Shown here: one piece after another, positions 10,201-20,236 of the stretch
How positions within the stretch are numbered: position 1 is the first letter of the stretch
Layout of the letters: every line of letters starts with the position of its first letter
IMG/VR virus record: IMGVR_UViG_3300028596_000009
Location: 1-64,000 of that record
Strand: one strand, 5' to 3'
From: a virus
DNA length: 64,000 bases
Program-made: the position numbers and the translations under genes
The notes under the pieces: generated by a model
Databases searched by the model: none
Told to the model about the DNA's origin: nothing
The model's input: the letters and a program-made list of their open reading frames with translations, nothing else

Positions 10201-10491
10201 ATGACGCGGACGATCGCCGTGGATCCGTGGGGCTGCGGGTGCACGGAGTGCATCACGGGTGAGTATGTGCCGCTGCGCCGTGCGACGGACGACAACGTGG
10301 CAGATCTCCTGGCGGGCAGGATCGCTAACCATCTCGACAACGGAACCGAGCTGGACGTGATGGTCACGTACCGGACCGATTCCACCGGCAGGAACACGGT
10401 GCTGCGGGTCGACAGCGTGTCGGTCCGGTACACCCACCACGACGGACAGATGCAGACCTGGACGCCGGACCCGTTCCGGGCCGGGCTGTAG
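10201..10491 (+). CDS. hypothetical protein (GCGCTEC motif)
   Basis: RBS AAGGAG. Confidence 0.75.
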   Translation: MTRTIAVDPWGCGCTECITGEYVPLRRATDDNVADLLAGRIANHLDNGTELDVMVTYRTDSTGRNTVLRVDSVSVRYTHHDGQMQTWTPDPFRAGL

Positions 10492-10506
10492 GGGAGAGGG
10501 AGAAAG

Positions 10507-10971
10507 ATGCAGACGAAGGTCATATGTGCGCCGCTCGGCGGTGTGGGGGTTCCGGGGTTCGGCCTGTGGCTGGGACAGCGGGCCGTGGAGGTCGAGCGGG
10601 AGACCATCCTGGTCCGCAGCAGGCTGGAGGTGGACAACCCGCTGCGGATGGTGGCCGACGAGAAGCACCGCAGTTTCGCCGGTTTGCTGCACCGGTGGGT
10701 GCTGCTGACGAAGCACAGGACGTCGCCGGAGGGCGGACCGAACCCGCGCGCCGACTTCGAGAGCCACTTGATCGCGCAGGTGGTGACGGCGGCCGAGATG
10801 CACGAGAACGCTGCGAAAGGCCAGGTTCGCGGTCGGTCGATGGTGCTGATCAGCGCGGAGTACGAGTGGGCCCGGCTGTTCCTCGCCCGGTACCTCGGCA
10901 TCGACCCGAAGCGGGTGGCCGAGTGCGGCAGCAGGGCGGATGAGGTCGCGGCGCTCGGGGGCGTGCGGTGA
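10507..10971 (+). CDS. hypothetical protein
   Basis: RBS. Confidence 0.75.
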   Translation: MQTKVICAPLGGVGVPGFGLWLGQRAVEVERETILVRSRLEVDNPLRMVADEKHRSFAGLLHRWVLLTKHRTSPEGGPNPRADFESHLIAQVVTAAEMHENAAKGQVRGRSMVLISAEYEWARLFLARYLGIDPKRVAECGSRADEVAALGGVR

Positions 10972-11228
10972 GCCGGTTGAAGAGACTGGGCACTCCGGCG
11001 GGCATCACGCTGGCCGTCTGGGCGGTTCTCGCCGTGTTCATCGTGCTGGTCCTCAAGCCGTCGATGCGGGACAGCTTCATCTCGGGTTCGGAAGTGTCCC
11101 GGGATGTTCTGACGCAGTGCGAGCGGGGCCACGGGCCGTGTGACACGGCGCTGCGTGAGGCGAACGACCGGCTCCGTCCGATGGGTCTGCGGATCTTCGA
11201 GGACGGGAGTGTGGTGCAGGAGCGCTGA
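10968..11228 (+). CDS. membrane-anchored protein
   Basis: N-terminal TM helix; GTGA overlap. Confidence 0.7.
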   Translation: MSRLKRLGTPAGITLAVWAVLAVFIVLVLKPSMRDSFISGSEVSRDVLTQCERGHGPCDTALREANDRLRPMGLRIFEDGSVVQER

Positions 11229-11317
11229 TCGGTTGCGGCCGGGGGATGCATGAGGCGCCTTATCGGGTCTGGTGCTTCCTCCAGTCGTCATCTCGGCGAC
11301 GGGAAGGAGAGCTGAAC

Positions 11318-11575
11318 ATGCACGACTACGACGAGATGCGGACGTTCCAGTTCGGCGAGGAGCACCCCGGGTATCGGCGGGAGCTGGCCCCGATCACCCC
11401 GACGGCGGAGGACATCCTCGACCCGGACTGGCACGAAGCCTGGCTTGCGGCGCAGGAGCACACGGACGCGGAGAACGCGAGCATCTGGAAGTCCAACAAC
11501 CGGACGGAGGTCGCCCGGCTGCGCGGGATCCTCGCGGCGCACGGGATCGACCCGGACCAGGACGAGGAGGGGTGA
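11318..11575 (+). CDS. hypothetical protein
   Basis: RBS AAGGAG. Confidence 0.75.
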   Translation: MHDYDEMRTFQFGEEHPGYRRELAPITPTAEDILDPDWHEAWLAAQEHTDAENASIWKSNNRTEVARLRGILAAHGIDPDQDEEG

Positions 11576-11577
11576 CG

Positions 11578-11805
11578 ATGAGCGACCTTCTGTATCGGCT
11601 GATCAACGAGGCGCCGGACGGCGTCACGGTCAAGGACACGGGAACCCACAACGGTAGGCGGGTGATCCAGTGGTGGGCCTGTGAGCGGTACGGGATCAGC
11701 CTGCGCACCGGCGAGGGGTACCACTGGGCGGAGGCCCCGGCGGAAGAGGAACTGTGGTTCGGTCCGGCCGAGGCCCCGTTCCGGTTCGAAGGGGAGATGG
11801 GGTGA
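11578..11805 (+). CDS. hypothetical protein
   Basis: RBS GGAGG. Confidence 0.7.
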   Translation: MSDLLYRLINEAPDGVTVKDTGTHNGRRVIQWWACERYGISLRTGEGYHWAEAPAEEELWFGPAEAPFRFEGEMG

Positions 11806-12071
11806 GGGTCGAACGTCGGGCGGCGATACGTGAGCTGCTGCGTGAGCTGTTTCGGATACGGGCCAGCGCGGTGGCGACCACGGAGCGGATCGTGGCTGTC
11901 CTGCCGTCCGGCGAGGCGTGGCACGCGGTGTACCGGTTCGACGGGCCCGGTCTGGGGTGCTGGGACTTCTTCCCCCAGTCCCGTAACCCCGACTCGTACG
12001 ACCTGATGGTGTCCGATCAGCTCCGGACAACGAGGGAGGTGGTTGACCGCGTGCGGCGCATGATCGGCTGA
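11802..12071 (+). CDS. hypothetical protein
   Basis: GTGA overlap. Confidence 0.65.
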   Translation: MRVERRAAIRELLRELFRIRASAVATTERIVAVLPSGEAWHAVYRFDGPGLGCWDFFPQSRNPDSYDLMVSDQLRTTREVVDRVRRMIG

Positions 12072-12148
12072 ACCTGTGCGCCTTGGTGGGGCACCCGGCT
12101 TATCGATTCCGGGTGCCCTCGCCATTCCGTCCAGGGAGGGAGAGAAGG

Positions 12149-12352
12149 ATGCAGGACCAGTGTGTGAAGGGAGACGGCGGGGTGTGCGTGAAGCACGCGG
12201 CCTCGTTCGACGGCGGTCACACGGAGTGGGGCAACGAGCCGGTGTGCGACTGGTACGCGGGGATGTGGGTGCACGGTGAGTGCATGGTGTGCCCGGCCCC
12301 CAAGGTGTCTGCGCCGAAGAAGCGCAGGAGGAGGGAGAGCAGCGATGCATGA
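12149..12352 (+). CDS. Cys-rich hypothetical protein
   Basis: RBS. Confidence 0.6.
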   Translation: MQDQCVKGDGGVCVKHAASFDGGHTEWGNEPVCDWYAGMWVHGECMVCPAPKVSAPKKRRRRESSDA

Positions 12353-12659
12353 CGTGAAGGACCCGAGCGAGATTCTCGCCGGTCGCAAGGCGTACACCAC
12401 GTGTGGTGACACGGACTGTGACGCGTTGGTCCTGGCGTGGCTGGGCGTCGACATGAACGACGTGGACTCGGTGCGCATGGTCCGCAACCTTCCGGTGGAC
12501 GGCCGGATGGTGTCGTGTGTGCCGCTGGTGGTGCCGCAGGGCGCGGACATGTTCTGTGCCGTGTGCGGGATGTTCGTGATGCACGGCATCGCCTGCCGGG
12601 ACACCGAGGACCACCCGGGGACGGGTGCGCCGCACCCCGACTTCGCCGACCTGATCTGA
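12345..12659 (+). CDS. hypothetical Zn-binding protein
   Basis: Cys motifs; RBS. Confidence 0.7.
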   Translation: MHDVKDPSEILAGRKAYTTCGDTDCDALVLAWLGVDMNDVDSVRMVRNLPVDGRMVSCVPLVVPQGADMFCAVCGMFVMHGIACRDTEDHPGTGAPHPDFADLI

Positions 12660-12670
12660 GAGGGAACGAC

Positions 12671-12931
12671 ATGGCTTACGACAAGCGCGGGGACCTGACG
12701 CACCGCACGGTGACCTTCAGAGGGGATCCGGACCAAATCGGTCTGGTGGTCCACGACGGCAGCGGTGAGCGGGTCCGGGTGCGCTTCAAGGGCGCGGAGT
12801 ACCCGAACAGCCCCCACTACCAGCCCGGTGGTCCCGGTGAGTACGTGGACCGGGGCGCGCTGACCGACGTGACCGACGTCCGCGACCTGGCGGCGGAGTG
12901 GGGTTACACCGAAGAGGAGGACGAGGACTGA
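12671..12931 (+). CDS. hypothetical protein
   Basis: RBS. Confidence 0.7.
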   Translation: MAYDKRGDLTHRTVTFRGDPDQIGLVVHDGSGERVRVRFKGAEYPNSPHYQPGGPGEYVDRGALTDVTDVRDLAAEWGYTEEEDED

Positions 12932-13089
12932 TGGACAGCACGTATGTACTCGCGGAGCCGACCAACGCGCTGGAGCCCGGCGAGCCGGTGAAGATCAAGG
13001 CGATCGGGCCGTACGGGGAATCCAAGTGGGTCAGCGTCACGCCGGAGCGGTTCGGCCAGATTCTGGCGCTGTTCGAGAACGACAACTGA
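12931..13089 (+). CDS. hypothetical protein
   Basis: TGATG overlap. Confidence 0.65.
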   Translation: MDSTYVLAEPTNALEPGEPVKIKAIGPYGESKWVSVTPERFGQILALFENDN

Positions 13090-13114
13090 CGGGTTATCAG
13101 GAAAGGGAAAGACC

Positions 13115-13624
13115 ATGACCGAAAGCACCATCTGCCCGCTGTGCAAGATCAACGAGCGCGAGTACGACAGCGAGCCGTCCGGCCGGGGGAGCTACTTCTC
13201 CCACTGCACCCGGTGTTCGTCGCTGATCACGCAGTCGGAGCACAACCACACGGTCTACCCGTCCCCGGCGCAGGTGGCGGCCGGTTCGTACCGCGCAGGT
13301 CACTCCTGGCGGACGGCACAGACCACCATCCCGATCATGGAGTCGGGTGTGCACGTCGGCTACCGCTGCACCCGGTTCGAACAGTGCGGCTGGGAACGCC
13401 GCTTCACGCCGGAGGAGCTGGAGCCGTGCACCGAGCACACGGACCGCTTCGGGTTCCCGATCGAAATGATCAAGGGCCGGTGTGCCCGCCTGCACGTGGA
13501 CCGGCTGGCCCTCGGTGAGATCGACGGGCGGGGTTACATCACGGAGCACGGGCGTGGTGTGGAGGTGGCCCGCGAGATCGCCACCACGTGGGACCCCGGC
13601 CGGTACGTCGAGCCGGTCCGGTAG
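13115..13624 (+). CDS. Zn-finger hypothetical protein
   Basis: CPLC, CTRC; RBS. Confidence 0.75.
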   Translation: MTESTICPLCKINEREYDSEPSGRGSYFSHCTRCSSLITQSEHNHTVYPSPAQVAAGSYRAGHSWRTAQTTIPIMESGVHVGYRCTRFEQCGWERRFTPEELEPCTEHTDRFGFPIEMIKGRCARLHVDRLALGEIDGRGYITEHGRGVEVAREIATTWDPGRYVEPVR

Positions 13625-13724
13625 AGAGTCTGGTCGGGCTTCGGGAGGGCGCGGCTTGCCGCGCTTTCCAGTGGCCTTATCGGCTGTGGGCCGCCGGACG
13701 GCGGCTTGGCGGGAAGGGGAAGCG

Positions 13725-14051
13725 ATGATCGAGAGCACCGGCCGGGGGCACGGCCCCATGACGCAGAAGGTCATGGACTGGGTGGTGTCGACTCCGACGC
13801 TGCGGGCGTACCTGGCGCAGATCGCGGAGGGGGACAGGTTCAACTACGGGGACAACGCCCTCGCCGAGATGGTGATGAGCCTGCTGCACACGGAGCCGAA
13901 CGACCTCACGCTGGACATGCTGGCGGAGATGGGGGTCAGTCACGAGAGTGCCCGGGAGGTGGGTGCGGAGCTGGAGCGAACGGAGCGGTACTGGGTGGAG
14001 CACATCGACTGGGAGGCCGTCCGTAACTTCCTGATCGGAGGAAACGCATGA
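13725..14051 (+). CDS. hypothetical protein (C-terminal IDW motif as in 5239/5607)
   Basis: EHIDWEAV; RBS. Confidence 0.75.
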   Translation: MIESTGRGHGPMTQKVMDWVVSTPTLRAYLAQIAEGDRFNYGDNALAEMVMSLLHTEPNDLTLDMLAEMGVSHESAREVGAELERTERYWVEHIDWEAVRNFLIGGNA

Positions 14052-14539
14052 GCTGGATCCGGCACGGTTTCGCGCGAGACGCCGGAGACTTCGCCAATGA
14101 CATCCAGGTCGGCAGCTCGGCGGCAGTCTGGTTCGTGAATCCGGAGCTTCCGGGACGCCTGGTGACGGTGTACATGTGCCCGGTGGCACCGGTGCTGGAC
14201 TTCGATGACCAGCCGAAGTGTGAGCACCGGGCCGAACTCCTGGAGGACTTCGGGAACGGCGTGGGGCGCTACGCCCCGCTTCCGGCGGAGCACTGGAGCT
14301 GCACGCACAGGATGGGCGCGGTCGACATTCAGATGGTCACTGAGTTCATGATCTGTGACGACGTGGAGGATCCGGGTTCCACCGAGAAGTGGTCGGCCTA
14401 CGACCACCAGAGCCGGGAGACGCCTCCGTTCTCGGGAACGGTCGAGGAGATCATCAGGGCTGCGGAGGCCAAGGCCGTCACTCTGGCGGAGGGGTTCGAC
14501 GCGAACCTGTCGATCCACTGGGACGGCGAACGGTTCTGA
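14048..14539 (+). CDS. hypothetical protein
   Basis: ATGA overlap. Confidence 0.75.
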   Translation: MSWIRHGFARDAGDFANDIQVGSSAAVWFVNPELPGRLVTVYMCPVAPVLDFDDQPKCEHRAELLEDFGNGVGRYAPLPAEHWSCTHRMGAVDIQMVTEFMICDDVEDPGSTEKWSAYDHQSRETPPFSGTVEEIIRAAEAKAVTLAEGFDANLSIHWDGERF

Positions 14540-14684
14540 CGATCACCAACTGAAAAGCTGGCCTGATTTCGACCGCATCAAGGGCGCGCACGATGGATCT
14601 CTAGTAGGTTCTCGTGTGCGTCCTTGTCGTTATCGTGAGATGGCGGCTTATCGCTTTCGGAACTGAACACGAGGAGAAAACGAC

Positions 14685-15008
14685 ATGAAGGTAACCACCC
14701 GCTCGATCACCGTGGAGATCCTGGCCATGGAGCTGGCCAACCGCTCCGTGTGGCACGGGCAGAACATCCACGGGCACTCGGTGCAGGGCATCCACTTCGG
14801 CGGGCGGGGCATCCTGCCGGAGCCGTACTGGACGGCCGCCGAGGGCGCCGTGTACGCGGTCTACCACTACGAGACGCCGATCGCCTGGGAGGGCACCGGC
14901 GGCGCGTGGTACGTGCCGAACGAGCGCTACAGCCAGACCACCAACGTCTTCCGGAACAAGGTCGTCAAGGCTCTGGAGGCCAACGGTTACACGGTCGAGT
15001 CGATCTGA
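14685..15008 (+). CDS. conserved phage small protein (Y.TPIAW...YS.TT family)
   Basis: Motif YHYETPIAW...YSQTT; RBS GAGGAG. Confidence 0.75.
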   Translation: MKVTTRSITVEILAMELANRSVWHGQNIHGHSVQGIHFGGRGILPEPYWTAAEGAVYAVYHYETPIAWEGTGGAWYVPNERYSQTTNVFRNKVVKALEANGYTVESI

Positions 15009-15037
15009 GAAACCACCCAGGAAAGGACCGAAAGACG

Positions 15038-15727
15038 ATGCACGAGTACCCCGACAAGTACGTTCCGTTCGGTGACGTGAAGCCGATGAAGCACCCGTTC
15101 CAGCTCCGGGTGGAGGGGCACGCCTACCACTACACCGACTACTCCACGGCGCTGGAGGAGTTCCACGCGCTGACCGACGACGAGCCGGGAACACAGGTCA
15201 CGCTGTTCCAGCTCGGGTACTACGCGCCGGACCGGCCCGAGTGGTGGCTGATCTCCATCGGCAACATCAAGGAGACCTCGCGGCCGGTGTGGACGAACCT
15301 GTTCGCCGGGTACACCCTGTCGCGGCTGTTCTTCCTGCGCAACGCCGACCGCCGAACGCTTGCCCGCCTCCACTGGCCCGCCCCGCCGAACGCGGTGAGC
15401 TGGAAGTACGCCCCGGAGGTCCCGCCGCTGGAGCAGCAGGTGGCGGAGGCTCTGGAGCCGGGGTTCGCGCCGTACATGGCCTCTGTGGACGAGGTCGAGG
15501 AGCCGGAGCCCGAGGTGGCTCCCGAAGAGATCGACTTCGCCAAGGTGGCAGCCTCGCCGGGATGCCGGGTGGACGAGGCGACGCTCCGCCGCCGTATGGC
15601 GATGGGCTGGGATCTGGACCGGGCGATGACGACCCCCCTGCTCGGCACGAGCCTCGGTGAGGAGAGCTGGGTGAAGGTCAACGGCAAGTGGCGTCACGTA
15701 CCCGGAACCCCCAGCACCCGCTCGTAG
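15038..15727 (+). CDS. hypothetical protein with C-terminal phage DNA-binding motif
   Basis: TLRRRMAMGWDLDRAMTTP resembles the helical motif found in phage HNH-associated proteins. Confidence 0.6.
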   Translation: MHEYPDKYVPFGDVKPMKHPFQLRVEGHAYHYTDYSTALEEFHALTDDEPGTQVTLFQLGYYAPDRPEWWLISIGNIKETSRPVWTNLFAGYTLSRLFFLRNADRRTLARLHWPAPPNAVSWKYAPEVPPLEQQVAEALEPGFAPYMASVDEVEEPEPEVAPEEIDFAKVAASPGCRVDEATLRRRMAMGWDLDRAMTTPLLGTSLGEESWVKVNGKWRHVPGTPSTRS

Positions 15728-15767
15728 TCCACCGCCCGCCGCAGGCTTATCAGGAAAGGAAGAGGAC

Positions 15768-16061
15768 GTGGGACGGAACAGTCTGGATCTGGAGATCGGT
15801 GACGATTTCCAGGGTGGCAGCGTGATCGCAATCCACCAGCAGGAGAACCACGGCAGCGCTGGTGTGGTGCTGACGTTCAGCCACGAGGACCGGTACGTGG
15901 TGTGGACGGTGGACCCGCACCTGAAGGTCATCGACCAGGATCAGTACCCGGTCGGCACGTACGCCTACAGCCGGTACGTGGAGCTGGTGGCACATCAGCT
16001 CTTCACGCACTTCAACCAGGCGGCGCCGGGTGTGACGTTCATGGTCAAGAACAGCGGCTGA
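15768..16061 (+). CDS. hypothetical protein
   Basis: RBS. Confidence 0.7.
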   Translation: MGRNSLDLEIGDDFQGGSVIAIHQQENHGSAGVVLTFSHEDRYVVWTVDPHLKVIDQDQYPVGTYAYSRYVELVAHQLFTHFNQAAPGVTFMVKNSG

Positions 16062-16140
16062 CTCGGCTGGGGTTCGGGGGTACGCGGCCCGTTCCGTGTG
16101 CCCCAGTGCCCTTATCGGGTCAAGGAAAGAGGAGAAGGCG

Positions 16141-16434
16141 ATGAGCGAGAACGTGACGAACCAGGAAGTCAAGATGGTGTGGTTCCCCAGCGTGAAGCTG
16201 GGAGTGGACACCTTCGAGGAACTGCTCAGTGAGGCACTGTGCGAGGCTTCCCCGGCAGACATGCGGGCCGGTGCCACCAAGGCCGCCCGGTACATCGAGA
16301 ACGTCACCCAGGACGCCGGTCTGGACATGAACCGGATCAACAACGCCACGTCCACCCTGTGCAGGATCATCTCCTCCTTGTCCGGTCAGGTGGAGAGCCT
16401 GCGGGCGGAACTGGAGAAGGGCGAGGAGAAGTGA
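16141..16434 (+). CDS. hypothetical coiled-coil protein (paralog of 16685)
   Basis: GLDMNRINNATSTLC. Confidence 0.8.
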   Translation: MSENVTNQEVKMVWFPSVKLGVDTFEELLSEALCEASPADMRAGATKAARYIENVTQDAGLDMNRINNATSTLCRIISSLSGQVESLRAELEKGEEK

Positions 16435-16643
16435 CTCCGGCGGAGAAGAAGCGACTGGTGGCCAAGGCTCTGATCTACCAGGCAGGGAGTCTGGTCGAGT
16501 TCTGGTCCGACATGACAAGCAACCTCCTCGAACCGGAGGAGGCGGAGGAGATCTCGCCCGAGTTCGCACGGGAGTGCCTGAACACTTGGCTCAAGAACCT
16601 TCCCGGGGACTCCTGGGACACTCGGCTCGGGCCCGTCGACTGA
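16431..16643 (+). CDS. hypothetical protein
   Basis: GTGA overlap. Confidence 0.7.
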   Translation: MTPAEKKRLVAKALIYQAGSLVEFWSDMTSNLLEPEEAEEISPEFARECLNTWLKNLPGDSWDTRLGPVD

Positions 16644-16684
16644 CGGGGCCTGCGGCTTATCAGATCAAGGAAGAGGAGAAAGAG

Positions 16685-16957
16685 ATGGCGACCGAGGAGA
16701 ACTGGTTTCCTCGCTTCGAGCTGGGCATCGACAGGTTCAAGTGGTGCCTGGGAGAGGCGATGGCGCGGGCGACCCCGAGCGAGATGCGTGCTGCCGCTGC
16801 GCGTGCCGCCCATTGCATCGAGAAGGAGGCCGTGAGCGTCGGCCTGGACATGGACCAGATCAGCAACGCCACGGACACCCTGTGCACGATCGTCCGCGAA
16901 CTGGCCATCGAGGTGGAGAACCTGCGGACGGAGCTGGGGAAGGGTGGCGAACGGTGA
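16685..16957 (+). CDS. hypothetical coiled-coil protein (paralog of 16141)
   Basis: GLDMDQISNATDTLC. Confidence 0.8.
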   Translation: MATEENWFPRFELGIDRFKWCLGEAMARATPSEMRAAAARAAHCIEKEAVSVGLDMDQISNATDTLCTIVRELAIEVENLRTELGKGGER

Positions 16958-17262
16958 CGGGATACCCCATCGACCCGTACGAGGTGAACGAATTCCTCGC
17001 CCGGAACACGACGGTGCAGCGATCGGTCACGATCGCCCCCATTACGTGGTCTGCCGGATTCCTCGTCTACATCGGGAAGGAGGACCGGCTCCGGGTGGAG
17101 TACTGCCACGGAAACCGTCACCAGCGTAACGACGAGGTCGCGGCCGACGCTCTCGACCGGATGGAGAAGGCCCTCTCTGGGCGCTACACGGTGACGCGCA
17201 GGAGGGACCAGTACACCCCCAACTCGTGGAGTGACGAGTACTTGGCCATCACTCCGAAGTAA
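16954..17262 (+). CDS. hypothetical protein
   Basis: GTGA overlap. Confidence 0.7.
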   Translation: MTGYPIDPYEVNEFLARNTTVQRSVTIAPITWSAGFLVYIGKEDRLRVEYCHGNRHQRNDEVAADALDRMEKALSGRYTVTRRRDQYTPNSWSDEYLAITPK

Positions 17263-17289
17263 CCGAGAGCACAGGAAGAGGAGAAGGGC

Positions 17290-17754
17290 ATGCAGCACGA
17301 CTACGACACGTGGGTGACGGCGCTCGGAGAGGCCGAGGACGTTGACTTCGACGAGAACCAGTGCCAGGACGGCACTCTGGAGGCCCTGATCTCGCATCTG
17401 GTCCAGAACAACCCGGGCAACCGGAACGGCTACGGGCCCGACGAGGTGGAGGGGCTGTTTTCCGCCATGTACGAGAACGGGGTGCACGTGTTCTCGGAGG
17501 AGGCGGTCCAGCGGGCCCTCGCCTCGGAGATCGTCACGACGGACGAGGACTTCACCGAACTGTCCCACATGTACGCCCTCAACCTGGGTCAGGACTCGCT
17601 CGACATGATGGTCTCGATGGCGGATCAGATGGAGTGGGGTGACGGCGACTACGAGTCGTGGTACCGGGCTCACTGCCGCAAGGGCGAGGTGTCCGGCGAG
17701 GACTCGTCCGGGAAGCTGCACTGGTTCCAGTCGAACGTGATCAAGGCCAACTGA
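17290..17754 (+). CDS. acidic protein, possible DNA mimic or antirestriction-like
   Basis: Very D/E-rich; RBS. Confidence 0.55.
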   Translation: MQHDYDTWVTALGEAEDVDFDENQCQDGTLEALISHLVQNNPGNRNGYGPDEVEGLFSAMYENGVHVFSEEAVQRALASEIVTTDEDFTELSHMYALNLGQDSLDMMVSMADQMEWGDGDYESWYRAHCRKGEVSGEDSSGKLHWFQSNVIKAN

Positions 17755-17786
17755 GCTACCAGCTCGACCAGGACAAGGAGAAGGAC

Positions 17787-18140
17787 ATGACCAGCTACGC
17801 CGTAATCAGCCAGATGCGTGAGGCGGAGGCCGCCCCGTACGCCTGGATCATCGACATCGACCACACGGAGGAACCCACCTCCGAGCACAACGAGATGGGC
17901 ACCACCGGCCCCAGTTGGGCCACGGACGAGCAGGTCGCGCGCCTGGCCAACGACATGAGCCTCGGGCGCAGGTTCCGGATGCTCGACGACCGTGGCGAGG
18001 TGTATTACTCCGGCCGCCTGATCGACGAGCGCGACGAGAAGGAAGTGGAGTGGTTCGGCCCGCTGGACGACTTCGGGCACCCGAACGCCGGGGCCGTGAC
18101 CATCGAGTACCAGGAGAACGGGGAGTGGGTGAAGGTCTGA
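17787..18140 (+). CDS. hypothetical protein
   Basis: RBS AAGGAG; FRMLDDRGEVYYSG. Confidence 0.8.
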   Translation: MTSYAVISQMREAEAAPYAWIIDIDHTEEPTSEHNEMGTTGPSWATDEQVARLANDMSLGRRFRMLDDRGEVYYSGRLIDERDEKEVEWFGPLDDFGHPNAGAVTIEYQENGEWVKV

Positions 18141-18424
18141 TGGCTACGGAGGGTACGAAGTTCCATCTGGACAAGCACGGAGTGTCGGTGCACTGCACCC
18201 TGTGCTCCGACCACATTGAAACACGAGCACGGGAGGGCAAGCCGGTGAAGCGTCTGGAGCTGGAGATCGAGGGGCAGTCGGTCGGGGATCTGTACCGGAT
18301 GGTGCGGCACCTCGCGGAGAACATCCTCAGGGGCCACGATGAGGACGAGGGCGAGTACGTCACCGGCTGCGGGGACGGGCCCACGGCGCTGTACTTCTAC
18401 CGGATCACGGAGCTGGAGGGGTGA
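18140..18424 (+). CDS. hypothetical protein
   Basis: TGATG overlap. Confidence 0.7.
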   Translation: MATEGTKFHLDKHGVSVHCTLCSDHIETRAREGKPVKRLELEIEGQSVGDLYRMVRHLAENILRGHDEDEGEYVTGCGDGPTALYFYRITELEG

Positions 18425-18753
18425 AGACTCTGGCGGAGCGGATCGCGGAGGACGGGCTGACGGCCACCTCCATCCCGCTTATCAGCGATGGGCCGGTTCA
18501 GCTCCACGGTGTGGAGGTCCACTGTCCCGGCCAGCGTTCGCTCCGGCTTCCTGACGGCTTCCCCTCGTCGGAGGAGCCGACGGTGGAGCAGGTCATGCGG
18601 TACGTGCTGGACGGGTGCAAGACGGTGAACCGGGAGCGCCCCGAGGAGATGGAGATCTCCGCCTACCTGTACTGGGTCCGCATCGACGCGAAGCTTTTCG
18701 ATCTTCTGGGGTCCGCACGGAAGTGGGCCTATCTCAACGAGACGGAGTGGTGA
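18421..18753 (+). CDS. hypothetical protein
   Basis: GTGA overlap. Confidence 0.7.
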   Translation: MKTLAERIAEDGLTATSIPLISDGPVQLHGVEVHCPGQRSLRLPDGFPSSEEPTVEQVMRYVLDGCKTVNRERPEEMEISAYLYWVRIDAKLFDLLGSARKWAYLNETEW

Positions 18754-19112
18754 TGACTTCCTTCGATCTGCCGTACACCGACGGGAAGACGAAAGCGTTC
18801 TGGGCTTCCCAGACTATGGTGCCGGGTGAGCCGATCTTCGTTCTGATCCAGGACGACAGCTCGGACGGTAAAAAGTCCCTGTGCGTGACGTCGGGCTCTC
18901 TGAGCTGGATGAAGGACCAGGTGGACCAGCTCTGGAACGCGCCTGACGGCCTGGATTCGATGGCCATCAAGGTGTACGCCCTGCTGCCGAGTGAGACCGA
19001 GCTGTCGGAGTACGGCATCTCTGTGCGTCAGGCGGACGGCAAGGAAATCCTCCACCTCACCAAGATGCTCACTCCGACCCACAGCATCTCCATGTGGTCC
19101 TGCGAGCTGTAG
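18753..19112 (+). CDS. hypothetical protein
   Basis: TGATG overlap. Confidence 0.7.
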   Translation: MTSFDLPYTDGKTKAFWASQTMVPGEPIFVLIQDDSSDGKKSLCVTSGSLSWMKDQVDQLWNAPDGLDSMAIKVYALLPSETELSEYGISVRQADGKEILHLTKMLTPTHSISMWSCEL

Positions 19113-19121
19113 GGGGATCCG

Positions 19122-19571
19122 ATGGCGCGCAGCAGGATCACTCTGGAGACGGTGATCGAGGTCATGGACAAGGTCATCGCGGGCACACCGGCGGGCGCGG
19201 ATTCCCGGGTCGGCCGGAAGCTCGGTGGCCGGTACGCGGAGCACGGTAAGCCGTGCTGCCTGGTCGGCGTGATGCTTATCGAGTTCGGGGCGTCGGTCGC
19301 CACGCTCAAGGAGCTGGACCGCGAGGCGAAGTGGATCGAGGAATCGGTTCACCCGTACTGGCGCCGGTTCGAACCGCTCGCTCTGAGCTTGCTCGCCTTC
19401 CTCCAGCGCCAGAACGACAGCGGCGATTCGTGGGAGGAGGCAGCCCTCGCCGCCTTCACCGGCTCCTCGTACTGGAGGGACCTTCTGACCGGCGGAGAGG
19501 CGTACTACCTGGACCGGGTTTTCCGGGGACGCCCCTGGCTCACGGCCGACAAGGTGAGGAAGTGGAGCTGA
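19122..19571 (+). CDS. actinophage-type hypothetical protein (CLVG...Q..D.G..W)
   Basis: Motif and ORF context. Confidence 0.7.
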   Translation: MARSRITLETVIEVMDKVIAGTPAGADSRVGRKLGGRYAEHGKPCCLVGVMLIEFGASVATLKELDREAKWIEESVHPYWRRFEPLALSLLAFLQRQNDSGDSWEEAALAAFTGSSYWRDLLTGGEAYYLDRVFRGRPWLTADKVRKWS

Positions 19572-19572
19572 G

Positions 19573-19872
19573 GTGAAGTACACCGAGCACGTCCAGTTCA
19601 AGGAGCACCGGCGCTGGCTGTTCGAACAGGTGTGGTCCGGCGCGGCACTCCTGGCTCGACAGCCCAAGGATTACTTGGGCCGCGAATTCCTGGATGGTCA
19701 GTACCAGGGTTACGTGATGGCCCTGGCTCTGCACACGGATCGCGATCCGGACCGGATCCGTCAGCTCACGGACCGACAGGAACTGTGGGAGTTCTTGAAG
19801 AACGGCCCGTCCTGGAAGGCCAAGATAAACCGCGACTACGACCGTGCGATGAGGAAGGAGAGGGATGGCTGA
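19573..19872 (+). CDS. hypothetical protein
   Basis: Adjacent ORF. Confidence 0.65.
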   Translation: MKYTEHVQFKEHRRWLFEQVWSGAALLARQPKDYLGREFLDGQYQGYVMALALHTDRDPDRIRQLTDRQELWEFLKNGPSWKAKINRDYDRAMRKERDG

Positions 19873-20155
19873 CGAGATCATGCCTGAGGTCGAGGAGACG
19901 ATCCGGTACGGGAAGCGGGGTGTGCGGATCGCCAACGCCTACGCCTCGGAGTACGCCGACGCGATCAACTACTACGACCGAGACCGCTACGAGGCGTGGC
20001 AGGAGGACCGCACCGCCGAGAACGCCGAGGGGCTGCCGTACGAGGTCACTCGTGACGACAGGCGCAAGGACATCTCCTGGAACGAGGCGGAGACCCGCCT
20101 CATGCTGGCCCGGCTGACGGAGATCGTCGCCGGGTGGGATGCCAAGAAGCGCTGA
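19865..20155 (+). CDS. hypothetical protein
   Basis: RBS AAGGAG. Confidence 0.7.
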   Translation: MADEIMPEVEETIRYGKRGVRIANAYASEYADAINYYDRDRYEAWQEDRTAENAEGLPYEVTRDDRRKDISWNEAETRLMLARLTEIVAGWDAKKR

Positions 20156-20236
20156 CGGTGCCCGGCCGCGCACAGGGGATGCCCTCCGTGCGTGTGCCGA
20201 GTGCTCTCAGACTCAGAGGGCTGGAAAGGGGAGACG

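Noticed and set aside
2925-16120. TTATC elements as classical integron attC sites
   Set aside because: No RYYYAAC/GTTRRRY boxes and no integrase in the window. Outer arms pair with their own element rather than with the previous cassette's end. A non-classical cassette system remains possible.
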